Both the position numbers and the translations under genes were made by a program. The notes under the pieces are model-generated. The model searched no databases, had not been told where the DNA came from, and saw only the letters and a program-made list of their open reading frames with translations. Positions 14,154 to 31,113 of a DNA stretch of 64,000 nucleotides are shown here, one piece after another (position 1 is the first letter of the stretch; each line of letters opens with the position of its first letter). The stretch is from Eledone cirrhosa (taxonomy: Eukaryota), in NCBI GenBank assembly GCA_964016885.1, contig OZ024745.1:90086001-90150000 (forward strand), read 5' to 3'.

Positions 14154-14422
14154 CGTCATCATCATCCTCGTCATCATCAACATCATCATCCTCGTCATCG
14201 TCATCATCATCATCATCATCATCCTCGGCATCATCATCAACATCATCGTCGTCATCGTCATCGTCGTCGTCATCATCATGCTCATCATCATCAACATCAT
14301 CGTCGTCATCGTTATCGTCGTCGTCATCCTCGCCATCATCATCATCATCATCATCATCGTCGTCGTCGTCGTCGTCATCGTCTTTATCATCATCATCACC
14401 ATCCGCGTCATCCTCATCCTCG

Positions 14423-14453
<31 letters not shown>

Positions 14454-14510
14454 CATCGTTGCTGATATCATCACAATACAAATTATCCTCATCCTCTTCA
14501 TCATCTTTAA
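14068..14510. repeat. Compound (TCA)n/(TCG)n trinucleotide microsatellite
   Basis: Directly visible. It produces the poly-D, poly-M and poly-I ORF artefacts. Confidence 0.95.
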
Positions 14511-14522
14511 CGCCACCAATAC

Positions 14523-14743
14523 TACGATGGGGTGCTGAAAGGTTCCTGACTTTGGGTAAAAGAAAGTAGAGGAGGATCAGTTAACTATGATTTTATACAA
14601 CATATTCCTCTCTCAGATTCACACACTTATTGCAGAGGTCCTTCAGTTCATCTAAAGCCTGTAAAAAGAACTCGGAAGGTTGGGCCTCCAACCAGGCCTC
14701 TGTAGCAGCGATCAAGCCAGGAACTTTTCAGCACCCCCTCGTA
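14523..14743 (-). mobile_element. Internally deleted mariner element (MITE)
   Basis: ~28-bp TIRs (CGATGGGGTGCTGAAAGGTTCCTGACTT / AAGCCAGGAACTTTTCAGCACCCCCTCG) with TA flanks. The minus strand retains a transposase C-terminus, FFLQALDELKDLCNKCVNLREEYVV*. Confidence 0.85.
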
Positions 14744-16844
14744 CACTCATCGTCATCACTTATACTTCTCTCTCTATCATCATCTTCTACTTGCCACTCC
14801 TAGATATTATCTTAATCAATTTTACACCTAATAGGCGTGATACGAAACTGAATTTTCACGATTTAACTTCCAGAGGCTTTGTTATTCGTAAAGCTAGATT
14901 CGGAAGTTCCCTTAGATATTAAATAGTATATCATAATGTCATATCTGGTGATCCGCTAATTTATTATTAACTTTACATATAATGATAGTAGCCAATTTTC
15001 CTAGGCTTTATCTGAGGCTGGTTGCGTTACTTTTTTTTTGGGGGGGGGGGGGCGGGTACCCAGTTTTCGCAACAAGAAAGATGAACAGACCTCTTCCACA
15101 CTTAATTTTTAATTCTTTTTAATTATTTTTAATTGTAATAATCAATATTTGACAAGATGGTTTACACTGATACATCGAAACCGGTTATGTTTTATATATT
15201 CTATTATAAAACTATTTTGTTTTTGAAGAATTGTTCCTTTCATTTTTTGTCAATAATGTCACTTTGACGAATCAAAGAAGAAAAAAAGAAAAACAAATCC
15301 TTAAATATATTTTCCGTACTATTTCCAATTCCTCTTTATATATGTATATATGTATATATATATATATTTATCGAAAGTGCGTAACCCCTCAGTTTTGGAA
15401 CCAGCTGTATTGTCCGGGTTGATGAAAAGAGGTTGTTGCTCTTATCATTTGCCCTTTAGTAAGAGGTAAGTGTCTCATTTGGGACGCCAGAATTAGCAGC
15501 TCTTTTGTACATTTCCAAATCCTTAAGATGAAGGCCACTATATCCGTAGCCAGATGGAATAAAGTTCTAAAATACCAGAAATTAGACGCAAACTATTTTT
15601 TTCAGACAGCATTATTAAAGTCGTTCGGGAGAGTTAGGTCGCTTATAACGATTTTCTTGTCATTGTTGATAGCTCGCCTTACTGACTGTCAAGTGATGCC
15701 GGTATTGGTGCTTGGATATCTGTAGTGTGTTGGCTTGTCTCGAAAAGTATTAGAGGCTCTTTCCAGCACCCCTTGTTTTGAGCGACCTTAGGCTAAGCAA
15801 TAAAGAAACTAGTGTTTGACCCCAGGACAGTTATATTCATCTACAGGTTAGAATATTATTCTGTAACAAATTAACATTTCTACACTTATGGATTTGAATT
15901 TGGTCAAATTATTCAAAGGTTAGTCCGATGACTTTATAGTGATACGGTTTGTTACAATACTGTGTTGTTTCTACCCTGCTGTATCTGCTCACAGCTATAT
16001 TCTTTAAGATATTTACGACACAATGTAAGTAGTTCGAATGAGACGGCATAAACCACAGACCTCTCAGATAACTGGTGGGTACCCTATTATCTGTCCATGT
16101 CAGCTTTATTTTAGTTACGTCAAACTAACGAGGAAGCTTCCTCAAGGTCGCTCAGTCTACTAGAAACACTAGTCAAATCTCCCGTGAATCCCAACTTCAG
16201 ACTTAAATAAAGAGGAATGCATGGCAATAAATAAATAAAGGTGGGATGGTCACGACTGGAACTCCTTTTATCATATATCTATTCATTCAGATCTGACCTG
16301 GGTCTAAACAAATATTTAGTTATAATGGATAAACTCCTCCCGATTGTGCACTGTCCTTTGATTGGAACTCTACCTAACACCTGTTCATTAAAAATGCACA
16401 TGCAGTATAGGTTAAGGAACTTAGAATTGTATAATATTTGAATCCATGAAACATTTCCTATTTTTATATTGCTTCTTACATTCTAAGGTGAAGCCAAATT
16501 GTCTTCAGTTACCATACGCTGACAGTACTCACAGGAGAAGCAAGAAGGTGGCATATACGAATTACCTTATAATTATTTATTTTATCGTGTTTAAGAAATC
16601 AATACAAATAGTTGAGAGGATGACGTAGAGGACACATATAACATATATGAAGACATTCACAAAATTGCTGGAATATGTTCATCTTTGCATTTCATTTGTT
16701 AAGGTTGTTTAGCCCTGGACCTGTCCTGACTGAACACATCAAAAATCAAAGTATCTTTAACCATTACAATCTTGTCTTTTATTCTAAAAATGTGTATTTA
16801 AGACTGCATTACCTTGTGTGTTTCTCCTAATATAATCGCATAAG

Positions 16845-17215
16845 GGTGGGGATTGGCAGGGTCAATAGAGCGTTGGACACCATTGCCGCATAGAGTTACG
16901 GCCCTTTATGTTCTGAGTTCAAATCCCACCGAGGTTAGCTTTGCCTTTCATCCTTACGGAGTTGATGAAATAAAGTACTGGGGTCGATTTAATCGACTTT
17001 CCACTTCTCATCAAATTGCTAGCCATGTGCCAAACGTACAAACAATTATAATCCCAGTCACATCTCAGATGCTTTAAATCTACCCCTGTTTTAAATTTAT
17101 CCCTATGCATTCACATCTAGTAATGTTAAACATACCTCTGTCATTTAAAACAGTGTGGTGCGTTGTGATTTGTGGAAGATTTGGCTGCTATTTTTAGTAA
17201 GTCGAACAATTACAT
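16845..17215 (+). mobile_element. tRNA-derived SINE (family A) plus adjacent repeat segment
   Basis: B-box GAGTTCAAATCC followed by GAGGTTAGCTTTGCCTTTCATCCTT...AAAGTAC, a body repeated many times in the window. The downstream part matches ~40725-40830 inverted. Confidence 0.8.
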
Positions 17216-17274
17216 AGAGGACCCTCATTTTCTTGTTTTTAAACGTTCTGAAATTCTCATCAATATATATTATT

Positions 17275-17462
17275 AATTGTTACTACTTTTGGCACAAGGC
17301 CATCAAATTAACCAGTGCATTACTGGTACTTTATTTTATCGACCTCGTAAGGAGGAAAGGCAAAGTTAACCTCGGCGGGATTTGAACTCTGAATGGCAAG
17401 GGCCGTAACTCTATACGTCAAAGCATGGCGTCCGACCCTCTACCGATAGTGCCAATCCACCA
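17275..17462 (-). mobile_element. SINE family A
   Basis: GGCACAAGGCC...TACTGGTACTTTATTTTATCGACC...GAAAGGCAAAGTTAACCTCGGCGGGATTTGAACTC. Confidence 0.85.
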
Positions 17463-17721
17463 ATATATATTATTAATATGACATCAACAGCACTGCAGTT
17501 GTTATAGGAATAGTATCTATAGAGGTAGCTGAGAAGCTGCAATTATTCTATATATTGCTTTCTTGAATGAATACGTTCCATTGCCAGTCGGTGTTTACAT
17601 GTCTCTTGTCAAAGAGTTAGCTATTTTCGGCATACACTCAATTGTAACAACGAGTGTTGATTCCGCTAGTTTACTTAATTGGAATGTTTTGCGTTTTCCT
17701 TGAATATGTGTGTGTGTGTAG

Positions 17722-17759
<38 letters not shown>

Positions 17760-18499
17760 AAGAGTCTGTGTCTGTGCGTGTTTATATATACACAAACATA
17801 TATAAATATATGGACATATATATAAACATCTATATATTACTAAAAGTATGTGATTGCTCGCTTGTCTGTAATGTAATACAGCCAAAAGGGCGCATAATGG
17901 GAAAATACTTTGAAAGGAAGTTGACCCCGAAATGGGAATACAAATGGCATAAAATAAGTTTCGCGCAAATTGAAGCACGAGTTCCCGAGATATGGGGTAT
18001 TCTGTGTACCTTCATAAACAGAGAGACAGAAGGATAGAGAGAAAGAGATAGTGGTTGTGAGAGAGTAGATTGAAAAGAGACATACAAAGAGGGAGAGGAG
18101 ACAGAGAACGAGAATGGAAGAGAGAGAGCTGGTGGTGTTGTGTGTGAATATATATATATGTGAGTGTGTGTGCATATATATATATATGTGTGTGTATATA
18201 TGTGTGTGTGTGTCTATGACCAGTGTATATAGATCACAGACACCCACATATATATATATACGCACACACATACATATATATATACATGTATATATATATA
18301 CATGTATACACACACATGTATATATATATATATATACATACACATACGTATATATATGGGCCTTCCAGTTTCATTTCACATTATATACATGTCTGTGTAT
18401 ATTTTAATTATTTAAAAATTATTTTTAAGTGAACATGATTTTTTAAAAATATTTTGAAGGTGTTCTTGTACATATATAAATCTACACGTCGTCGTCGTC

Positions 18500-18544
<45 letters not shown>

Positions 18545-19429
18545 ATAGTTTGATAGTTTCATTCGAGTTTCCACTACAATAACTAGTGCACCTCCGTGTT
18601 CTTGTTGGTTGGGGATGCAGCATTGCATTTATACTTTTTGTGGGACTTGGGTAAGTATAGACTCCTGTTGGTTTACTGTAACAGTCTTGTTTTTATGGGA
18701 TTTATTTTGTCCATCCGACAATCTGCTTTTCGTCACCCATTATATATCTTTTCCCATGGGCCACGTCACTGTTAACTATTTCGAATCCTTCCTTTCCATT
18801 ACATCAAATTGTTCCCGTCTATATTCTTCCTACAAGCGTCTACTTCTAGCTATTCACATAACTATCTTGAATCTGAACGATCTATGAAGATCTGTCTCTT
18901 TCTCCTGACTAAAACCATTAAAAATAAATATGTTTTATCAATGAACTCAGCCCTGGAATGTCTTGATAATTGAAAACTTTCCTTTCTAGATAGCAAATAC
19001 TTTACTTAAGTGCTGCTACACAGATATCATGGTTTGATAATTGAAGCAAATCTATTTTACTGAAACTTATAAATTAACTCGTGTCTTTTATATGGAATGT
19101 TTTGGAAACCTTTCACGGACAACGCCTCAAGGTTTAACGGGATTCTTGTGTAGTTTAATATCATAAATATTTATAAAAGATTTTACACGGGAGTGCCGCA
19201 AATTAAGTTGAAAATACTTTCTGAAACGTTTAATGCGTGTGAAATGAAAGTGGATGATCCTATTCAGATATAATTACTTATGTTGATCCGAGGATTTATC
19301 GAAAACAAACTTTATTGCAAGACTAAATATGTTAACAAAATGAAAATGGATTATTCTATTAGCTGCGTGGTGTCATATGCAATTCTATTTAGTTGCTTTG
19401 TATCATGTTTATATAACTTCTCTCTTTTT

Positions 19430-19870
19430 CTTCACCCATTTATTCCTGAGAGGATCGTAGGGACAGAGTCCGCAAATACTCCTTCCAGTGAGTCCTGCCA
19501 GAAGCAACCATCTCCAACTGATCCGGTTGGATCCCCAAGCGAGACTAGCCGAGCACATGGATGTTATCCAACTATCTTGCTCGGGGTCTACCCCTGGGTC
19601 TTATGCCGGTTGGTTTTACCCGTAAAGTCTGTCCAGAAATTCTTTCCTGAGACATTCTAACCATATGCCCATAGTATCGGAGCAGTGATCTCTCAATTCG
19701 GAGATGTAGCGTCTCTACCTAGAGTGACTCGCTGATCGCCAAGCTGCGCACTCTATCGAGTAACGTTCCTCCAGAGATGCTTCGGAGGAACATCATTTCG
19801 GCCGCTTGAATTCGCGATCGTATTCTTTCGTTCATTACCCAAGATTCATGACCATAGGTACGGGTTGGCA
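19430..19870 (-). mobile_element. RTE-clade LINE 3' fragment
   Basis: Hand translation of the minus strand: YGHESWVMNERIRSRIQAAEMMFLRSISG ... LRIERSLLRYYGHMVRM...GIRPRGRPR. Confidence 0.85.
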
Positions 19871-20360
19871 TGAGTCACCTGTTTTCTCGTGCACGCTCTC
19901 CTCAATGAGTAAGCAAGTGGCTGGAAATTCAAAATTAAGACAATTCGCGTCCTTTCAATAACTTGTTTTAACACAAAGCAATCCAAGCAGTAAAATGTTT
20001 ACCTACCATCGACTATTGCATTGGTTTTTTTAGAGGAAAATAAGAATAAGTATTTATGACGCCATCGAATAAAGTCTGGAAATATTATTGAGATTTATCT
20101 TTCGAATAGGAATATTAAATATTTTACTTTAATATTCTGCCCTATTCAAATTTAGTTGTGTAACCACTTGTTTCAGAACAGAAGAAATTGAAATGTAGGG
20201 ACGTTCATGTCTTACCAATTCTGGCCAACAGTAGAGTCGAAAGTTAAACAGTTCCATATCTTATACACACACCTAATACATATTCCACCCATCTCACTCT
20301 CTCCCTCTCTAGCTTCATATATATATATATATATATGTATAAATGTGTGTGTAGTATAGG

Positions 20361-20392
<32 letters not shown>

Positions 20393-20473
20393 TATATATA
20401 TATACATTTACGCAGACTCTATTATTCTATTACGTGTTCCAGACTACCGACTGCGGCCATGCTGGGGCACCGC

Positions 20474-20545
<72 letters not shown>

Positions 20546-20719
20546 ATGTGTGTATGTGTGTATGTATATGTGTGTGTATGTATATTTGTATATATATATA
20601 TATATGTATATATATGTTTGCAAATTTCCGGCTAGTTTGTCCAATAAACGCCAATAGACATTTTCTTTGATTTAAAACTGATTAAATTTCAGGTTAATAT
20701 TAATTCCCTATCACTATCA

Positions 20720-24396
<3,677 letters not shown>

Positions 24397-24770
24397 CAAA
24401 TAATTAAATAAACGTATATAAATAAATAAATACGTATATAACAAGGGCACACACATACCTACATGTTCGGAGACGACGTCAACTAAAACACGAAGTACAC
24501 ATATGCACACACCCTACATACGTACGAACCCGCATACACACACAGACGCAAAACTCCAGTATACACATAACCAAAACATATGTACCAGAATATATCATAT
24601 ATACACCATAACATATACAATCAAATATACGTACGAGAAAGTATACGTACCTACACAAAACATACAGGTAATATATACTTACCTATACAAATAAGTAATG
24701 GTATAAACATAACATATACTTAGCAACCACATCAAGACGTAAAATATCCGCGTATAGTTCGTACTATCCG

Positions 24771-25030
24771 TTATGGTATAATGTGGGGCTTGTAATACAG
24801 GAAATTTATGTGCAATTTATGTTTGCAAGCCGAAATTGCCTCAAATTTTTTGGTTAAGATGTGGTCTTTGGCGTAGAGTATTTCCAGGGCCTCAGCGGCG
24901 CAGATGTCACATGGTCTTTTATTTCCGTCATACGATCTAGCCCTAGCTAGGATCTCCCAGTGTAACTTATATTGGGTGTGGTTGTCTTTTAGACTCCAGA
25001 TATAAGCTGAAAGTGACGTCATATTCCTTC
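24771..25030 (-). pseudogene. Penelope-like GIY-YIG endonuclease C-terminal fragment
   Basis: TSLSAYIWSLKD...WEIL...CDICAAE...LTKKFEAISACKH fits the PLE endonuclease C-terminus. Confidence 0.8.
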
Positions 25031-25182
25031 TTAAAGGATATATATATATATATAAATATGTAGCAGGTGAGTTTTATTGTAGCACAATAAACAATGCAAA
25101 TATCGGATAAGTAGCACTCAACAGTTTATAGGACTGGAGTATAAATAATATAAAATCAAAAGATGGTTAAAAGAGTTCCATG

Positions 25183-25249
25183 TATTTTATTATGCGCATT
25201 TCAAAAACAAATATCATCATGGGATGATATTTGCGTTCTCATCAGATAA
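25183..25249 (-). ncRNA. Hammerhead ribozyme in 3' pLTR
   Basis: Reverse complement: TTAT-CTGATGA-GAA C GCAAATATCATC CCAT GATGATATTTGT T TTT-GAAA-TGCGCA-TA-ATAA. Confidence 0.85.
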
Positions 25250-28206
25250 GTTTGTTTCTATATATTGTAACAGGAAAAAGTAAATAATAGGTATAATACG
25301 AGCACGGAAGGAGAGAAGAAACAAAAAATTCAAGAAAAAAAATATATAACTTCAAAAAAATATATGTTTACAAAATTTCACTATATATTAGTATATATTA
25401 AAAATAAAAATGTGTATGGCCGAGAATATAAGGAAAATGCTATAGTGAGTTATAATACGAATTAAGAATTAATTGAGAAGTAAAAGTTGCAGAGTAAAGA
25501 TTAGAAATTAAAAAAAAAGAATTAAAAAAAAAGAAAAATAGGGGACCGCTAACGACATGAGTAATATTTATAATATACTGAAATAAGGTAGAAAGATGGG
25601 TATATTTGTAAAAAAAATATAAAAGCGTTTGAGAAAAGAAGATTTTAAACTAATTAGGTAGTAAGATATTAGCTGTATACTTTATAGAAAGTTCTATAGG
25701 ATTTATGCAAGTAGAGCGAAAATATATCCGTACGTCTATTTATTACATGTTCTGGATAGGGAAGAATTAAGGTAAGGAGATGCGTTGCAAACCTTCCTCC
25801 AAGAAATGTTGTAGTTAATATGTTTGTCCTTTAAGGACCATATGAGTTCTGAGAGTGCCATGTTAGTTCTTTTAAGTTGGTATTTAAAAGAAGAATTGTG
25901 ATTATAAAATATTGCTTTAAAAGAAGTGGAAGTGGAACCAAAATAGGTAAAAGAATTAGTACCAGTTATAACCTTACATTCATACACTAAATTTTTATCA
26001 AGACATTGGTTACTAAGAGGACATTTAGTTCTAACAGGGCAATTGAAATTACGATTAGAGAAATTACCAGAGTTATTATCAAGTGACCCAGTAAAGAAGG
26101 AATTGAATTGGAGAAGTTATTTACGATAGGTGCTAAAGTTTCCTGATTTAGATTGGTATTATGAACATTCGACAAAGTTACGTTTGACGTCGTATTTAAA
26201 TTTACGGAATCTAGCCTAGAGTTAACATTGACGTCGGGTTTACTATTGTTATTATTATGATGCTCAGTGTTGGATGGATATAATTTATTACTTAATATTT
26301 TATTATTGTGTTTAGAGATAATGTTCGAGATGTTGGAAGTGGTGGAATAAGAGAATTTAATTGTATGTTTATTAAAGATCTTACTAAAATATGTGAAGGA
26401 GGGAAGCATTTGTCTAAGGCCCTAAAAATAGTTTAGGAATATTACTAATAATAGATAGAGAAAATGGAGCGTTGTACCAAATCATATTTTTATATCTAGG
26501 TCTTTTCTTTATGTTATTGGAATGCTTATAACTAACTATATTACTATAAGTCCCTCGATGATTGGTTTCTTTACTGTATTTAATTTTGTCAGGATAACCG
26601 GCTCTGGAAAGCGCATTATTGTAATAATTGGCTTTAGCGTCAAAGATAATTTTATTAGAAGATAGATTTGAGATTCTTTTTTTCAACATTACTGACTATA
26701 GCATTTTTAACGTTAATAGGGTGGTTAGATTTAAAATTAACATAATTTAGATTCTCATTGTCTTTATGGTAAGGGTAATATAGGTGTCAAGATTATAGGA
26801 AGTTAGCTAGTTTGACGTTGTTTTCAAATTCAATTTTTAGGTTATGGTGCTTAAATAGAACAAGTATATTATTCTTAATAATATTAAGGTTAACTAAGTT
26901 ACAGTTTAAGACAGTAAAAAGGGCATCGTCAGGATAAATTCCACCGCGAAGTTGAAGAATTTTCTGATTTAAAGAATTCAAGATAAAGATTCCAATCAAC
27001 TCTGTCAATTGCGCTGAATCCGGCGAACCCATTGTGATATCAAAATTGTTGGAAGTATCAGCTCTAGTCCAATATTCGTTGTTGAATTCCAGGATAGTTT
27101 TTCTTTCTGTGAGAATGATGTATAGTTCATCTGTGGTGATGTCAGAAAATTTAAATGCAAAAGAGAGAGCGTTGTTGAATAGTGAAGGTGAAATAGAAGA
27201 ATAGTAACTGGCAATGTCAAACTGAATAAATTTTTGTTTGATTTTATTATTCAGGTCATTGAACCAGTTAATTACATCAGCTGTACCAATCCATAAATTT
27301 AAGTTAGAAATAGAGCAATTAGAACGAACCTGTGGGATAATTCAATCCAAGATGGATTTACTAACAACCCAGATCGGATTTAGAGGGGGCGATTAGTCTA
27401 ACAGGCAGTTCCGTTCGAAAGTTACTTTTGCGACCCTTAAGATTTATCCTCTCAGTTCTTGGGAAGAATGGTTCGGTCTTTTTCTCGGTGCCAAGTTTAG
27501 ACATAATCTCAGAAGCTTCCAAGTTTATAGATTCCAGATTCTCATGGTTAGTTTTACGATAATTCTTCCTTAGTTCCTTAAGGATAAGGTTATTATATTT
27601 ATCTTTAGATACACCATATAAATTATTAGTTTTGTCGGAATGGACTAACACTTTTATAGAAGAATTAAGGTCCGAAATCGTATTCTTGAGATTTATAAGG
27701 TGCTCCTGTTCTCTATAAGGGTTTCTCTTGAATTTAAGTCCTCTTATAATATTAGTTAGTTCTTCCTAAAACTGTGCTAGATTTTTTATTGAAAGGAGGA
27801 TTTCTTCTAGAATTAAATAAATGATCAATATTGTTACGTTCCTTAGTATAAAAATTTCCTTTTAAGCGCTGGTCGTGGAAAAAAGCGATCCATCTAAGCC
27901 TTCTCACAAAAGAGTTAGTTTTTTCAATCAGAAGTTTAATGAATTCAGATTTACCAGGTATAGGAATGTCTTTAAGTGAAGTTGTGATGTTGCAATAATC
28001 CATGTTATAGAAGAAAAATTAGAGGCCATCGAAGGTATCCGATATAAGAGTTAGCGCTCAAACAGTCAAGGGGCAAGTTAATATAGGAGGTGAGTGTTAT
28101 TGTAGCACAATAAAGCAATGCAAATATCGGATATGTAGCACTCAACAGTTTATAGGACTGGAGTATAAATAATATAAAATCAAAAGATGGTTAAAAGAGT
28201 TCCATG

Positions 28207-28277
28207 TATTTTATTATGCGCATTTAAAAAACAAATATCATCATGAGATGATATTTGCGTTCTCATCAGATAAAATA
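28207..28277 (-). ncRNA. Hammerhead in 5' pLTR, core mutated
   Basis: Same as 25183-25249 but GAAA is TAAA (position 28226), so the catalytic G12 is lost. Confidence 0.7.
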
Positions 28278-28748
28278 GGGAGACATGATATGAAGCTTAA
28301 AAAACACTTGCGATCAGTGAAGTGTTAAATCAACATATGAAAAGTAAAATAAGATGGATATATGAGATTGGGAAAAAAAGGAAAGGAAGGGGTAAGGAAG
28401 AGGAAGAAAGAATATAATAAGAAAAAAATATATAATAATAAGGAAAGAATGGCGGAGGAGGAGTATAAGGAGGAAGGATGAGAGAGCAGGAGAAAATGAG
28501 TGAGAGAGAGAGAGCCTTTAATACTGAGAAACAATGTCTCACAGAGAGAAATTTAAAAAATCATAAAAAAAATTAAGAAATTAAAAGTTAATGAGGTTTA
28601 TGAATGGTGATGCTTATGATTAATGAAAAAAGAATTAAGATCCTTATTATTATATGATGATATTAAATGATGATATTTGTTTTTGAAATGCGCATAATAA
28701 AATATATGGAACTCTTTTAACCATCTTTTGATTTTATATTATATATTA

Positions 28749-28819
<71 letters not shown>

Positions 28820-29016
28820 CATTGTTGAACAAACGAGCAACGATGGTTGCTAGAGACTACGGCTAAATACGGGATGTTTGTTTACAAACACACCGAGCAT
28901 TATAATAAATGTTCGGTGAATCCATACGTACATATATATATATGTGTGCATGTATGTATATATGTATATACATACTACTGTACGTCTGTATACATATGTG
29001 TATGTACGTGTACATA

Positions 29017-29072
<56 letters not shown>

Positions 29073-29079
<7 letters not shown>

Positions 29080-29422
29080 ATACTTTGGGAGGGTCATGTT
29101 GCCAACAAAATGGCGTAGGATAGAAGAAAGGAAAGGCACAGAAACGAAGAAAGAAATCCCCAGTCACTGAAGAGGTCACAGAGTGTGTGACGAAAGAACT
29201 ATGACTATATATATATAAACAACTATCTGGTTGTGGAACCAACCAACCAACCAGAAATTTATAAATTTGTAAATTTATAAATATATAATAAATTAAATTG
29301 AAGTGAAAGCAACTGGTGCGTGTGTTTCTTATTGGCAACATGACCCTCCCAAAGTATAACAATATCGGTTTCAACACACGATTTCAGATAAAGAATCTTG
29401 CTAAACAAATTCAGAAACGAAA
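29073..29422 (+). mobile_element. Short hammerhead-bearing PLE-related element with ~33-bp inverted repeat, between (TA)n tracts
   Basis: TATTGTTATACTTTGGGAGGGTCATGTTGCCAA and its reverse complement at ~29332-29364. An inverted homolog lies at 31114-31425. Confidence 0.75.
29162..29206 (+). ncRNA. Minimal hammerhead ribozyme (GAAC stem III class)
   Basis: AGTCA-CTGAAGA-G-GTCACA GAGTG TGTGAC-GAAA-GAAC-TA-TGACT. Confidence 0.8.
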
Positions 29423-29585
29423 TATATATATATATATATATTAAAGAGTTAAAGAAGATTCAATGAGTATATCAAAGAATGAGTTTTACAGTAGATTGGA
29501 AGCACTCTACAGTAAATATTTTCCAGAGTTATTAATATTAAAATACAAATATTAATAAAATAGATGTTCTTGTGATCAATTAAAT

Positions 29586-29634
29586 TTTATTATACATATT
29601 TCAGAGGTACAACAATACGTCCTCATCAGATAAA
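29586..29634 (-). ncRNA. Minimal hammerhead ribozyme
   Basis: Reverse complement: TTTAT-CTGATGA-GGA C GTAT TGTT GTAC C TCT-GAAA-TATGTA-TA-ATAAA. Confidence 0.8.
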
Positions 29635-30320
29635 GTAAAATGATACATGACATGTTAAATGGTTAAGATTTAATCAAGGTAGTGATTAACTTATGAGAAA
29701 ATTCAACATGTATACCCTAATATATATGGAATTTTGTCAAAGATTACATTTAAGTGAATATTGAACAGTGTATATTTTTCTTTCGCGGACCTAGTAAATC
29801 CTTTAATTTGGTTTTCATAAAACTTAGAATTTTAGAAATGTCACACATTTAAAAATGTTTATAAAATTTATAAAATTAATATAAATAACCATCAACTTTT
29901 AAATCCTAAAATGTTGATTCTTCACCCTAAAATAACATAAATTAAATATTAAATATTTTGAAATTTAACCGCTAAGTCTATATGTGAGAAAAAATTTTTT
30001 TTTCGCATAAATTACCCCCCTTTATCTCTCCCTCTCTTTAATTATCTATCAGTTGCCTCCTCAAGCCAAAAACTGTAATAAAATTATAACTCTATAGACG
30101 TCTTCCTCTATAATCCTAATTTGTAGTTCCCAGATTTTAAAAACTCTATAACTGTTACATTAAAGCAATGTTTTTCTTACTCATACCTTCTCTATTGATT
30201 CTATTACGTTTTCGCATGTTCGCATTTTTAGGGTATAAATGTTGAGTTTTCTCATAAGTTATCACTACCTTGATTAAATCTTAACCATTTAACATCTCAG
30301 GGTATGTCATGTATCATTTT

Positions 30321-30373
30321 ATTTTATCTGATGAGGACGTACTGTTGTACCTCTGAAATATGTATAATACAAT
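30321..30373 (+). ncRNA. Minimal hammerhead ribozyme
   Basis: ATTTTAT-CTGATGA-GGA C GTAC TGTT GTAC C TCT-GAAA-TATGTA-TA-ATACAAT. Confidence 0.8.
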
Positions 30374-30637
30374 TTAATTGATCACAAGTACATCTATTTT
30401 AATAGTATTTGTATTTTAATATATATATATATATGCTCATAGATGCTTATATATATATATATATATATATATATAAGCAAAGGGATAATTAATTTGTTGG
30501 TAATTCAACAAATATATATATTTATAACACATTCGAAGCACTCGACAAGTTTACCTGGATAGTCTATCCAGGTAAACTGCCAAGACTGGAATTGAACCAT
30601 CAGCACAGTTGAGGTATGTCATACATTAATTTATGTA

Positions 30638-30689
30638 TTTTATCTGATGAGGACGTACTGAAAAAACCTCCGAAATATATAAAATAAAA
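30638..30689 (+). ncRNA. Degenerate hammerhead
   Basis: TTTTAT-CTGATGA-GGA...TCC-GAAA-TATATA-AA-ATAAAA. The cleavage-site UH is changed to AA and distal stem II has decayed. Confidence 0.6.
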
Positions 30690-30833
30690 CATATATCTTG
30701 ATTACATGAATGTCTCCATTAATTAATAGTTTGAATAATATTAATAACTCCAGAAAACTTCTTTGTTGGCTGCTTTTAATCTATTGTAAAACTATATTCA
30801 TTGAATAATAAATGAACCTTGTTTAACATTTGG

Positions 30834-30901
<68 letters not shown>

Positions 30902-30988
30902 TAAAATAACAGATTAAAGTTTAAGCAAAGAATCGGTGCTTTCACACTTTGGATTTTAGTCTTCAAAATTATTATTATTACTATATAT

Positions 30989-31074
<86 letters not shown>

Positions 31075-31113
31075 TATTATATCTCTCCTTATATATATAT
31101 ATATATATATATA

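Larger units (their letters stand above)
25063..28740 (-). mobile_element. Near full-length decayed Penelope-like retroelement (RT + GIY-YIG) with direct pLTRs and a partial inverted pLTR
   Basis: Broken ORF 28003 to 25736: SLKDIPIP N-terminus, DKTNNLY, PVRLIAPSKSDLG, MGSPDSAQLTELIG, GGIYPDD (YRDD-like), IWYNAPFS, YECKV...YFGSTSTSFK...NHNSSF. Direct repeats at 25063-25249 and 28086-28277, inverted piece at 28668-28740, (TA)n on both sides. Confidence 0.92.
29442..30422. mobile_element. Fold-back PLE-related element with ~200-bp inverted arms
   Basis: ~29530-29720 is the reverse complement of ~30227-30422. Each arm has a hammerhead, and both ends abut (TA)n. Confidence 0.8.

Noticed and set aside
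14008-14538. Poly-Asp, poly-Met and poly-Ile/Val ORFs
   Set aside because: Trinucleotide microsatellite open in several frames.
15440-15790. Higher-complexity stretch checked as a possible further HSPA12 exon
   Set aside because: Hand translation gave no HSPA12 motif, and the frame read contained stops.
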